The notes below the pieces were generated by a model that was not told the DNA's origin, ran no database searches, and worked only from the letters and a program-made list of their open reading frames with translations. From Eledone cirrhosa (lineage: Eukaryota): 64,000 nt of DNA. Below are positions 1 to 12,252 of this stretch, in pieces. How positions within the stretch are numbered: position 1 is the first letter of the stretch; each line of letters opens with the position of its first letter. The stretch covers positions 48,236,001-48,300,000 of the forward strand of contig OZ024747.1 in assembly GCA_964016885.1 (NCBI GenBank). The letters are read 5' to 3'. The position numbers and the translations under genes were made by a program.

Positions 1-3000
1 GGTGGAGACAGTGTAGCGGTGGAGACAGTGTAGTAGTAGAGACAGTGTAGTGGTGGAGACAGTGTAGTAGTAGAGACAGTGCAGTGGTGGAGACGGTGTA
101 GCGGTGGAGACAGTGTAGCGGTGGAGACAGTGTAGTGGTGGAGACAGTGTAGCGGTGGAGACAGTATAGTGGGGGAGAGAGTGTAGTGGTGGAGACAGTG
201 GAGTGGGGGAGACAGTGTAGCGGTGGAGACAGTGTAGCGGTGGAGACGACAGTGTAGCGGTGGAGACAGTGTAGTGGTGGAGACAGTGTAGTGGTGGAGA
301 CAATGTAGTGGTGGAGACAATGTAGTGGTGGAGACAGTGTAGTAGTAGAGACAGTGTAGTGGTGGAGACAATGTAGTAGTAGAGACAGTGTAGCGGTGGA
401 GACAGTGTAGTGGTGGAGACAGTGTAGTGGTGGAGACAGTGTAGCGATGGAGACAGTGTAGTAGTAGAGACAGTGTAGTGGTGGAGGCAGTGTAGTGGTG
501 GAGACAGTGTAGTGGTGGAGACAGTGTAGCGGTGGAGACAGTGTAGTAGTAGAGACAGTGTAGCGGTGGAGACAGTATAGTGGGGGAGAGAGTGTAGTGG
601 TGGAGACAGTGGAGTGGGGGAGACATTGTAGTGGTGGATACAGTGTAGTGGTGGAGACAGTGTAGCGGTGGAGACAGTGTAGCGGTGGAGACGACAGTGT
701 AGCGGTGGAGGCAGTGTAGCGGTGGAGACAGTGTAGCGATGGAGACAGTGTAGTGGTGAAGACAATGTAGTGGTGGAGACAGTGTAGCGGTGGAGACAGT
801 GTAGAGGTGGAGACAGTGTAATGGTGGAGACGGTGTAGCGGTGGAGACAGTCTAGTAGTAGAGACAGTGTAGTGGTGGAGACAGTATCGTGGGAGAGAGA
901 GTGTAGTGGTGGAGACAGTGGAGTGGGGGAGACAGTGGAGTGGGGGAGACATTGTAGTGGTGGAGACAGTGTAGCGGTGGAGACAGTGTAGCGGTGGAGA
1001 CAACAGTGTAGCGGTGGAGACAGTGTAATGGGGGAGGCAGTGTAGTGGTAGAGACAGTGTAGTAGTAGTAGAGACAGTACAGTGGTGGAGACAGTGTAGT
1101 GGTGGAGGCAGTGTAGTAGTAGAGACAGTGCAGTGGTGGAGACAGTGTAGTGATGGAGACAGTGTAGTGGTGGAGACAATGTAGTGATGGAGACAGTGTA
1201 GTGGTGGAGACAGTGTAGTAGTAGAGACAGTGTAGTGGTGGAGACAGTATAGTAGTAGAGACAGTGTAGTGGGGGAGTCAGTGTAGTGGTGGAGACAGTA
1301 TAGTAGTAGAGACAGTACAGTGGTGGAGACTGTAGTAGTGGAGACAGTGTAGTGGTGGAGACAGTGTAGTGGTGGAGACAGTGTAGTAGTAGAGACAGTA
1401 CAGTGGTGGAGGCAGTGTAGTGGTGGAGGCAGTGTAGTAGTAGAGACAGTGCAGTGGTGGAGACAGTGTAGTGATGGAGACAGTGTAGTGGTGGAGACAG
1501 TGTAGTGATGGAGACAGTGTAGTGGTGGAGACAGTGTAGTAGTAGAGACAGTGCAGTGGTGGAGACAGTGCAGTGGTGGAGACAGTGTAGTGGTGGAGAC
1601 AGTGTAGCGGTGGAGACAGTGTAGCGGTGGAGACAGTGTAGCAGTGGAGACAGTGCAGTGGTGGAGACAGTGTTGTGGTGGAGACAATGTAGTGGTGGAG
1701 ACAGTGTAGTAGTAGAGACAGTGCAGTGGTGGAGACAGTGTATTAGTAGAGACAGTGTATCGGTGAAGACAGTATAGTGGGGGAGAGAGTGTAGTGGTGG
1801 GGACAGTGGAGTGGGGGAGACATTGTAGTGGTGGATACAGTGTAGTGGTGGATACAGTGTAGTGGTGGAGACAGTGTAGCGGTGGAGACAGTGTAGCGGT
1901 GGAGACGACAGTGTAGCGGTGGAGACAGTGTAGCGGTGGAGACAGTGTAGCGGTGGAGACGACAGTGTAGCGGTGGAGACAGTGTAGCGGTGGAGACGGC
2001 AGTGTAGCGGTGGAGGCAGTGTAGCGGTGGAGACAGTGTAGCGGTGGAAACAGTGTAGTAGTAGAGACAGTGTAGTGGTGGAGACAGTGTAGTAGTAGAG
2101 ACAGTGCAGTGGTGGAGACGGTGTAGCGGTGGAGACAGTGTAGCGGTGGAGACAGTGTAGTGGTGGAGACAGTGTAGCGGTGGAGACAGTATAGTGGGGG
2201 AGAGAGTGTAGTGGTGGAGACAGTGGAGTGGGGGAGACAGTGTAGCGGTGGAGACAGTGTAGCGGTGGAGACGACAGTGTAGCGGTGGAGACAGTGTAGC
2301 GGTGGAGACAGTGTTTTGGTGGAGACAGTGTAGTGGTGGAGACAGTGTAGTAGTAGAGACAGTGTAGTGGGGGAGGAAGTGTAGTGGTGGAGACAGTGTA
2401 GTGGTGGAGACAGTGTAGTGGTGGAGACAATGTAGTGGTGGAGACAGTGTAGTAGTAGAGACAGTGCAGTGGTGGAGACAGTGTAGTGGTGGAGACAGTG
2501 TAGTAGTAGAGACAGTGTATCGGTGGAGACAGTATAGTGGGGGGAGAGAGTGTAGTGGTGGAGACAGTGGAGTGGGGGAGACATTGTAGTGGTGGATACA
2601 GTGTAGTGGTGGAGACAGTGTAGCGGTGGAGACAGTGTAGCGGTGGAGACAGTGTAGCGGTGGAGACGACAGTGTAGCGGTGGAGGCAGTGTAGCGGTGG
2701 AGACAGTGTAGTAGTAGAGACAGTGTAGTGGTGGAGACAGTGTAGCAGTAGAGACAGTGCAGTGGTGGAGGCAGTGTAGTGGTGGAGACAGTGTAGTGGT
2801 GGAGACAGTGTAGCAGTGGAGACAGTGTAGCGGTGGAGACAGTGTAGCGGTGGAGACAGTGTAGTGGTGGAGACAGTGTAGTAGTAGAGACGGTGTAGCG
2901 GTGGAGAGAGTATAGTGGGAGAGAGAGTGTAGTGGTGGAGACAGTGGAGTGGGGGAGACATTGTAGTGGTGGATACAGTGTAGTGGGGGAGACATTGTAG

Positions 3001-4065
3001 TGGTGGAGACAGTGTAGTGGTGGAGGCAGTGTAGTAGTAGAGACAGTGCAGTGGTGGAGACAGTGTAGTGGTGGAGACAGTGTAGTGGTGGAGACAGTGT
3101 AGTGGTGGAGACAGTGTAGTGGTGGAGACAGTGTAGTGGTGGAGACAGTGTAGTGGTAGAGACAGTGCAGTGGTGGAGACAGTGTAGTGGTGGAGACAGT
3201 GTAGTGGTGGAGACAGTGTAGCGGTGGAGACAGTGTAGCGGTGGAGACAGTGTAGCGCTGGACACAGTGCAGTGGTGGAGACAGTGTAGTGGTGGAGACA
3301 ATGTAGTGGTGGAGACAGTGTAGTAGTAGAGACAGTGCAGTGGTGGAGACAGTGTAGTGGTGTAGACAGTGTAGCGGTGGAGACAGTATAATGGGAGAGA
3401 GAGTGTAGTGGTGGAGACAGTGTTATGGGGGAGACAGTGTAGTGGTGGAGGCAGTGTAGTAGTAGAGACAGTGCAGTGGTGGAGACAGTGTAGTGGTGGA
3501 GACAGTGTAGTGGTGGAGACAGTGTAGTGGTGGAGACAGTGTAGTGATGGAGACAGTGTAGCGGTGGAGACAGTGTAGCGGTGGACAAAGTGTAGCGGTG
3601 GACAAAGTGTAGCGGTGGAAGCAGTGTAGCGGTGGAGACAGTGTAGTAGTAGAGACAGTGTAGCGGTGGAGACAGTATAATGGGAGAGACAGTGTAGTGG
3701 TGGAGGCAGTGTAGTAGTAGAGACAGTGCAGTGGTGGAGACAGTGTAGTGGTGGAGACAGTGTAGTGGTGGAGACAGTGTAGTGATGGAGACAGTGTAGT
3801 GGTGGAGACAGTGTAGTAGTAGAGACAGTGCAGTGGTGGAGACAGTGTACTGGTGGAGACAGTGTAGCGGTGGAGACAGTGTAGCGGTGGAGACAGTGTA
3901 GCGGTGGAGACAGTGTAGCGGTGGACACAGTGTAGCGGTGGAGGCAGTGTAGCGGTGGAGACAGTGTAGCGGTGGAGACAGTGTAGCAGTGGAGACAGTG
4001 TAGCGGTGAAGTCAGTGTAGTGGTGGAGACAGTGTAGCGGTGAAGTCAGTAGAGTGGTGGAGACA
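1..4065. repeat. 17-bp G-rich minisatellite (GGTGGAGACAGTGTAG[C/T]), intronic, runs off the window start
   Basis: Direct tandem repetition with recurring variant units (AGTAGAGAC, GGGGAGAGAG, GACGAC). Confidence 0.97.
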
Positions 4066-4330
4066 GTTGAGTGTTGTAGTGGTTTAGACTGCGTAGGGGT
4101 GGAGACATTGTAGTGTCAGGCAAATGCTTAGCAATATTTGTTTAAGCAGCTTTACATTCTGAATTGACCCTGTCAAGAATGAAAAACCTTGTAGCAGGCC
4201 TGCTAAACCCCATCCAGTGTGTTGTGTAAATTTCATATTTTGTTTCATAGATTCAGAGCATTTTTTGCGTGGGTTTGTATCAAGAGTGTTAAAGTCACTA
4301 CTTATCAATCTTTTATCATTGTATTTGTAG

Positions 4331-4450
4331 AGGTTGTGAACGGTCAGACATCTCCAAACATGTTCTCATCCATGACGAACCAAAACACATCTGTGAGGTT
4401 TGTGGAAAAGCCTTCCGACACATAAAGAACAAAGAATTACATGTGAAAAG
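4331..4450 (+). CDS. Internal exon of a C2H2 zinc-finger protein gene
   Basis: AG at 4329-4330 and GTAAGG at 4451; translates GCERSDISKHVLIHDEPKHICEVCGKAFRHIKNKELHVK(R); phase 2 joins the next exon. Confidence 0.9.
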
Positions 4451-4750
4451 GTAAGGTTCAATCTAGCAAAGTATACATGTTATAAGGTAGGAGGGTCATG
4501 TGGGAATGAAGTCTGGAGCTTTTAATAGGTGGGTCTGAAAGAGTGTGATTGTGAAATGAGTCATTTCCCACATGATAAGTGAAGTTGTATTACTTATATA
4601 TATATATTTATATATAAGCAGAAGGGATATTCAATTTGTTGGTAATTCAACAAATATAAATGTTTATAACTGATTCAGAGCACTCAAAAGATTTTCTGGA
4701 GTATAATATACAATGATATTAAATAAATGGAAACTATATTTATAAAACTA

Positions 4751-4811
4751 TATTCTATTATATATATTTCAAGGGTACCAACATTTTGGTACTCTATCAT
4801 CAGATAAAATA
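4751..4811 (-). ncRNA. Minimal type I hammerhead ribozyme (family A, inverted arm)
   Basis: Reverse strand reads TATTTTAT CTGATGA T AGAGTACCA..TGGTACCCT T GAAA TATATATA ATAGAATA. Confidence 0.78.
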
Positions 4812-4924
4812 TGAAGTGTGTTTTATAAATTTTGACATAACCAAGGAGAATATACCTTAGGGATAACTTGAACCGTTAAGGTATATTCTCCTTGGTTATG
4901 TCAAAATTTATAAAACACACTTCG

Positions 4925-4985
4925 TATTTTATCTGATGATAGCGTTCCAACATTTTGGCACCCTTGAAATATATATAATAGAATA
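4925..4985 (+). ncRNA. Minimal type I hammerhead ribozyme (family A)
   Basis: TATTTTAT-CTGATGA(4933)-stem II-GAAA(4966)-TATATA-TA^-ATAGAATA; stem I pairs; palindromic stem III; stem II partly mismatched. Confidence 0.75.
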
Positions 4986-5334
4986 AATATGGTTTTATAA
5001 ATATAGTTTCCATTTATTTAATATCATTGAATATTTATATATATATATTTCTTGTTTATGTTTCCTAATATTAAATTTTTCGACTTTGTATCACAAATCA
5101 GATTTTATTTGCTTGCATATATGTATATATGCACGAACCTCGTTATGTATGTATGTGCATATATTAGAGGCCGGTTGAATGCTTCGTTTGGCGTGAATTC
5201 CTTTGTTTGAATTCAACCACCAAACTGTGTGTTTAAATCTATGATAGAACCTTCTTCTTTTCATTAGAGGCAGAGTGAGGGAATACCGTGAACTGCTAGA
5301 TAGCTTATCCAGTAGTGATGGCTAACTCACACAG

Positions 5335-5482
5335 CATGGGCCTATGGTATGATTTGGGCAACCCTGCTGAAGATGTGTAATAGTCACGTAAATATCTGCT
5401 GATTTTGCGGGATTTTCTGAACATTGCAGACGTAATATCTGCATTTTCGAAGTTATATTACACAGAAACGACGTTGTCCATG
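5335..5482 (+). ncRNA. Hammerhead-like RNA with ~90-nt branched stem II
   Basis: CTGAAGA 5367, TGTGTAATA/TATTACACA stem II base, GAAA CGACG TT; stem I CATGGGC/GTCCATG is separated from the core by ~25 nt. Confidence 0.55.
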
Positions 5483-5711
5483 AGATAAGATATTTACTTG
5501 TGTCCCTACCTAAACAGAGCCAATGTATCTGCTATTAACTAAATGTGTGCACTCCGAACTGTTGATTGCAGCTGCATTACTGCAATTCGCCAGATTCATT
5601 GAGTAAGCTAGACGGTGGCCGGAGAATGCTGAATTTATACCAGCGATCTTCGTTACTTTTATTATATATATATATAAAGATACTTTTATTATATATATAT
5701 ATAAAGATCTG

Positions 5712-8272
5712 GAAGCTGAAAGTCCCCTCAACCAGTAACAGATTTAAAGATATTTTACTCAACGCCTACGACAGTAAAGAACAGATAGAGACATTTAACG
5801 TAGAAGAGAACTGGGAGTTCCTAAAAAATAACTTACTAGAGGCGACGGATGAGGTTTGTGGCTGGAGTAAGACCTCAAGCAGGAGGAGAGTGACTTGGTG
5901 GTGGAACAATAAGGTAGATGAAGCAGTCAAGGCCAAGAGACAGGCATGGAAAGAATGGAAGAACGGGGGGAGCAGGGTACATTACATAGAGACCAAGAGG
6001 GAAGCTAGGCGACAAGTATACTTAGCTAGGAGGGAAGCAGAGGATAGAAAATTCAAGCATGTTTTACAACGTGAGGACCAGAAACAGGAGGTATTCAAGA
6101 TTGCGAGGCAGTGTGTCAGAGATAGTTGTGATGTCATTGGAGAGAAGTGTATCCGGAATGATAAAGGTGAGCTTGCCCTCACAAGTGCTGAGAAGAAAGA
6201 TGCATGGAAGAGTCATTATGATAGATTACTAAATGAGGAGAATGCATGGGAAGAAGAGACCCTACCCCACGTAGACCCTATAGAGGGACCAGCAGTACAA
6301 GTCAGCGGCAGCGTAGTAAGTAAGGCAATCAGAGATATGAAGATAGGGAAGGCAACCGGTCCATCGGGTATAGCTGCCGAGATGCTGAAGGCATCTGGGT
6401 CTGTAGGTCACACTATAACCACACGTATCGTTAACCAGGTAATACTAGAGGGGGCCATACCAAAAGATTGGTGCAGTAGCATCATTGTCAACTGCTACAA
6501 AGGTAAAGGCGATGCACTAGATAGAGGAAACTATAGAGGTATAAAGTTGATGGACCAGGTCATGAAAGTAACAGAAAGAGTTATAGCACAGCTGATTAGG
6601 GACCGGGTGAATATAGACGAGATGCAATTTGGGTTTGTACCAGGGAAAGGCACCACTGATGCCCTCTTCCTTGTGAGGCAATTACAGGAAAAGTACCTAG
6701 CTAAAAGTAAGCCACTCTACTTGGCATTTGTCGACCTTGAGAAAGCCTTTGACAGAGTTCCACGTGCAGTAATCTGGTGGGCTCTTAGAAAACTAGGAGT
6801 AGATGAATGGCTTGTGAAAGCGGTACAAGCCATGTATAGGGGAGCAGTCAGCAAAGTTAGGATTGGCAATGAGTATAGCGAGGAATTTAGCGTACAGGTT
6901 GGGGTCCACCAGGGCTCTGTTCTTAGCCCTCTCCTGTTCATCATAGTCCTGCAGGCAATAACGGAGGAGTTTAAGACCGGATGCCCATGGGAACTCCTGT
7001 ATGCTGATGACCTCGCACTCATAGCTGAATCTATGGTAGAACTAGAGAATAAATTCCAAACCTGGAAGCAGGGACTAGAGAGAAAGGGCCTCAAAGTCAA
7101 CATGACAAAGACTAAGGTCCTTGTAAGTAGACGAGAAAACAGAATCCAGATCCCCTCAGGGAAATGGCCTTGCTCAGTATGTAGGAAAGGTGTAGGTAGG
7201 AACTCCATTCTCTGCCCCAAATGCAAACAATGGGTACACAAGAGATGTAGCGGGATCTCAGGAAGCTTAATTAAGAATGTAGGATTCACATGCAGCAGCT
7301 GTGCTGAAACAGCAAGCAAATAGCCACAGGAAACAAGTACCACCAATCTCTGGGAGGGCCCTGTAGAAACAGTAGACAGCTTCTGCTACCTAGGTGACCG
7401 AATTAGCAACGGAGGTGGGTGCTCAGAAAGTACAATAACTAGGGTAAGAACGGGATGGAAGAAGTTTAGGGAACTACTACCACTGCTAGCTGCAAAAGGC
7501 TTCTCCCTCAGAATGAAAGGCAGACTGTATGATGCGTGTATCCGAACAGCGATGTTGCATGGTAGTGAGACCTGGGCGCTGAAGGTGGAAGACTTACGTA
7601 GATTAGAGAGAAACGAAGCCTGCATGCTCCGATGGATGTGTAACAGTAATATACGTGAATGACAAAGCATAAAGGAATTGAGAGAGAGACTGAGCATAAG
7701 AGGAATCAAATGCTGCATGCAGGAGAGGCGGTTACGCTGGTATGGACATGTGATGCGTATGAAGGATGACAGCTGCATAAAAAGGTGCAGAGCACTAGAA
7801 GTTGATGGAAACCGCGGAGTGGGGAGACCCAAGATGACTTGGGATGAGGTGATAAAAGCCGACCTTACCCAACTACACCTCTCAAAGTCAATGAGACACG
7901 ACCGTGACTTCTGGCGTCACGCAGTAATACAGGGTACCCGACCTCCCATGGGTACATGCTGAAGCATATAAACAATATGCCCCCCCCCCCCCCCCCCCCG
8001 CAAGGTGGCCGTGGAGGTGCCACGGCAAAAAAGCACCCAGCCCACACTGTAAAGTGGACGTGTAAGCGCCACGAAAAAGCACCCAGCACTCACTGTAAAT
8101 GAGGTTGGTGTTAGGAAGGGCATCCAGCTGTAGAAATCAAGCCAGATCAGTTCCTGTATGAGCAAGGCATGGTCAGCCGACCAGACACTGCCCACAACAG
8201 GACAACCCGTCTAACCCATGCTAGCGTGGAAGAACGGACGTAAAACGGTGATGATGATGATGATGATGATGA
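5712..8272 (+). mobile_element. RTE-clade LINE, 5'-truncated, disrupted ORF, (GAT)n tail
   Basis: RT motifs NYRGIKL, QFGF, FVDLEKAFD, GVHQGSVLSP, LLYADD, FCYLG, RRLRWYGHV; in-frame stop at 7321; 3' UTR GTTAGGAAGGGCATCCAGC then (GAT)n. Confidence 0.93.
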
Positions 8273-8543
8273 TATATATATATATATACATACATACATA
8301 CATACGTACACACACACATACACACATATACACTCATACATGCACATGTACACACATACATAGATACGCAAATATATATATATATTATATATGTGAGTGT
8401 ACGTATGTATGTATGTATATATATATATATATTATATATATTATATATATACATTATATATATTATATATATATATATATATATAAATAGTCAAAGAATG
8501 AAGAGTAACATGGTTGGCTGTACAACAAGGGACTTTATTTTAG

Positions 8544-8654
8544 GTATTAACTATTGTTTCATTGATCAGGTGAGTCTAGAGGCTGCTAATCGCTCGAAGT
8601 TGCGTCACTTGATCTCTATTACATTATTTACCTCTGACCAAATCCTCAGAATAC
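8544..8654 (-). ncRNA. Type I hammerhead with ~80-nt stem II domain
   Basis: Reverse strand: GTATT CTGAGGA TTTGGTCAG...CTGATCAAT GAAA CAATAG TT AATAC; stems I and II pair. Confidence 0.68.
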
Positions 8655-8899
8655 GAATAATTCATACATGGCAAGATATATATAGAGAAATAGCATATAA
8701 TCAAAACAATAACAACAATAATAGCAATAATAAAATATATGATAAATAGGTAGAGAAGTTACAGATGTAAAAAGTAAAAAATAAGAAAAAAGGTACAGTA
8801 AAAAAGTAAGAAAATGGAAAAATAATAAAAATATAAAGAAATAAGAATAAGTGAGAGCATATAAGTACAGAATATGATTGTGGTGGTGGTGAGTAAGTA

Positions 8900-10878
8900 T
8901 CCGTTTAAGGATGCTGAGGTTTGCTCTCACCACCTCTGCCCATGTTTTTCGTGGTCTTTCTCTGCTATGTCTTCCTTGAACTGGCATTTCTTCACCCATC
9001 GGTCATCCTCCATGTGTATCACATGTCCATACCATCGCAGTCTCCTCTCCCGCACACTACAACCTATCCCTCTCAAACACAGTTTCTCTCTCAACACATC
9101 CAGGCTCGGTCGTTCACGCACATTGACATTGCACATCCAACAGAGCATGCTTGCCTCATTTCTCTCCAGCCGTCGCATATCCTCTGCTGTTGTTGCCCAT
9201 GTCTCACTACCATGCAACATCGCGCTCCTCACACAGCATCATATAACCGGCCTTTCGTACGCAGGGAGAAACCCTTCTTCATCAGCAGAGGAAGCAGCTC
9301 CCTAAACTTCTTCCAACCCATCCTTATTCTAGATACTATGGCCTCGGAACACCCCTCTCCCATGCTAATCCGATCACCTAGGTACCGGAAGCTATCAGCC
9401 ACTTCTATAGCACCCACCTACATTTGAAAAATGTGTCTATCAATGCGACTTCTACTAAATTTCCTTGTACATCTACTGCATATGTATTTCTCCCTACCTG
9501 TTAGTTTGCCTGCTATCCCACTACATCTCTTGTGTACCCAAGATCTGCATTGTGTGCATTTTATAGAATTTATGCCAGTTCCTTCTCTGCATATCGAACA
9601 TGGCCATTTCCCTGACAGAATCAAAGTTCTGTCCTCTTTTCTACTCATCAACACTTTTGTCTTAGCTAGATTCACTCTCAGTCCTCTTGATTCCAACTGT
9701 TGTTTCCATAGCCAGAATTTATTCTCTAGCTCCTCTACTGATTCTGCTATAAGAACCAGATCGTCAGCATAGAGAAGTTTCCATGGACAGCCAGTCTTAA
9801 ACTTCTCTGTTATAGCTTGGAGGACTATAATGAACAAGAGCGGGCTGAGGACCGAACCTTGATGTACTCCTACTTGTATCTGGAATTCCTCACTAAACTC
9901 CATTCCTACCCTGACTTTACTGAGAGTACCTCTGTACAAAGTTTGCACTGTCCTCACAAGCCATTCCTCAACACCTAGTTTCCTTAGGGACCACCAGATG
10001 ACAGATCGGGGTACCCTATCAAAGGCCTTCTCTAGGTCAACAAAGGCTAACTATAGTGGCTTATTCTTCTCTAAGAACCTCTCTTGTAATTGTCTCACCA
10101 AGAAGAGGGCATCTGTTGTACTTTTCCCAGGCACAAAACCAAACTGCATCTCATCTAGTTTGACCCTTTCTCTAATTAGTTGTGCTAATATCCTTTCTGC
10201 CACTTTCATAGCCTGATCCATCAGTTTTATACCCCTATAATTGCTCCTCTCCAGAGCATCCCGTTTACCTTTCTAGCAATTTATGAGAATACTGCTGCAC
10301 CAGTCTTTGGGTATGACACCACCATATATAGCCTGATTGATGATGCGTCCAACCAGTTTAGTGCCTTCGTCCCCTGATGCCTTCAGCATCTCAGCAACTA
10401 TCCCCAACAGCCTTACCATTTTTCATTTTCTTAATCGCCTCTTGGACCCTATATTCGTCAATCTCAATAGCTGGTCCCTCTGTCAGATCTACTGAGGGTA
10501 ATTTCTCTCTCTCCCATTCATTCTCCACATTCATCAGTCTCTCATAATGACATTTCCAGGCCTCTTTTTTCTGATCATTCATGACACTAAGTACACCGGC
10601 ATCATTCCGGACACATTTATCTCCAACAACATTCTGATTTGCATTGACACACTGCCTTGCAATGTGGAACACCACACGCCTCTGATCTTCCCGTCACAGA
10701 ACATTGGCAAACCCCCTACTCTCAGCCTCCCTCCGTGCTAAGTACACCTGGCGTCTAGCTCTCTCTTAGCGGCTGTATATCCTTCTCTACTCCCACCCTT
10801 TTTCCAAGCCTTCCATGCTAGTCTTTTGTCTCTAATGGCCTTATCTACTGTGCTGTTCCACCACCAGGTCACTCTGTC
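8900..10878 (-). mobile_element. Second RTE-clade LINE fragment, frameshifted
   Basis: ORFs 10391..10675, 9418..9957, 9229..9417 and 8927..9232 are colinear homologues of the 5712-7962 element (QGSVLSP, LLYADD, FRYLG). Confidence 0.92.
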
Positions 10879-10896
10879 TGGTTAGAGCTCTGTTTC

Positions 10897-10935
<39 letters not shown>

Positions 10936-11111
10936 GTATATATATATATATATACAAATGGATATATGAGAGGGATGAACACTGTTACAAGTATTGCAAA
11001 TGACCAAGTTAGCTAGGTTGAAAAATACTAATTTAAAATAATACGGTTTGCCTGTCTTGATTTAAAATAATAAATCAATAAAAATAACAAACCTCTATTG
11101 GCAATGGCTGT

Positions 11112-11210
11112 GATACCCGGACAAATTTTTAATTTGTTTCGCAACAATTAAGTGAAAGTTACTATTCCTGTGCTCTTCTGCGAGTATCCAGAAATTGGTA
11201 AGTTTCACTT
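11112..11210 (-). ncRNA. Type I hammerhead (core U4A variant) with loop II/5'-flank pairing
   Basis: GATACTCG CAGAAGA GCA..TGC GAAA CAAATT AAA AATTTG TC CGGGTATC; upstream AAGTGAAACTTAC is complementary to loop II GTAACTTTCACTT. Confidence 0.7.
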
Positions 11211-12061
11211 CAAAATACTTAAGAAGACTGAGAAATATGTGTTGTTGAACGCACATGTGTCACAGCGCCTAACTCGTCTATATATGTATATATATATATA
11301 TATTTTCTGAGTAAATCATTCATCAAATTTAACGGTTAACAAACAAGATTGGAGTTATCTTTCCCTTTTCAATTATGCAAACATAAACATATTATATGTA
11401 CGATAAACTATATAACTTCGCTAAATTAACAATATTCTGAAAACATTTTCAATGTTGGAACAAAATATTCGAATCTACAATTGTTCTCCTCTTACAACTT
11501 GAATCACCTGTTTTTTTATTTAAAATGCAAAATCAACATCCTATAACTCATAATAGAAATATAAACAACTAATAATTGTAAATTATTTCTATTTCTATAA
11601 TACTTATACATGCACAAGTATTAATCTATATAGATATTTATACACTTATAACCTATTGTAATGTAATAAGATAAAATATACTTACAACCATAATTCTTCA
11701 TATAATCTAATTGATTATATATACAATATTATAACTCATAATATAGCTAAATAAATTTAAATTCTGGAATCATATTCCACCATTCCCCCAAATTGTTAAT
11801 TCCTTTTAAATTAACGTAAATACAAGCTCTTCTTTCTTTTTTCTTCTTCCTACTCATACATACATATATCTTAATTATTTAAATTCTGCATAGCGTCTAA
11901 AATAACGTTTTTTCAGCCCTATACCTCAACCTCATTTGCATACTCATCTTAATAATTTGAAATATCTGACTTTTCTTCTCTTTCCCTTCACTATCCAAGG
12001 AAAACTTGAACCGTTAAGGTATCTTTCCTTGGTTATGTCAAAATTTATAAAACAAACTTTG

Positions 12062-12122
12062 TATTTTATTTGATGAAAGCGTACCAAAGTTTTGGTACCC
12101 TTGAAATATATATAATAGAATA
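12062..12122 (+). ncRNA. Family A hammerhead copy (C3U core change)
   Basis: TATTTTAT TTGATGA AAGCGTACCAAA GT TTTGGTACCCTT GAAA TATATATA ATAGAATA. Confidence 0.7.
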
Positions 12123-12174
12123 AATATGGTTTTATAAATATAGTTTCCATTTATTTAATATCATTGAATATATA

Positions 12175-12252
<78 letters not shown>

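Larger units (their letters stand above)
4620..5030. mobile_element. PLE pseudo-LTR-like fold-back element (family A) with a hammerhead in each arm
   Basis: Inverted arms ~4711-4859 and ~4877-5029; related copies at ~11990-12170 and ~40320-40600; flanked by (TA)n. Confidence 0.75.

Noticed and set aside
5566-7323. 585-aa ORF as an intact gene or active LINE
   Set aside because: N-terminus is read through (TA)n flank, APE domain is absent and RT is cut by a stop at 7321
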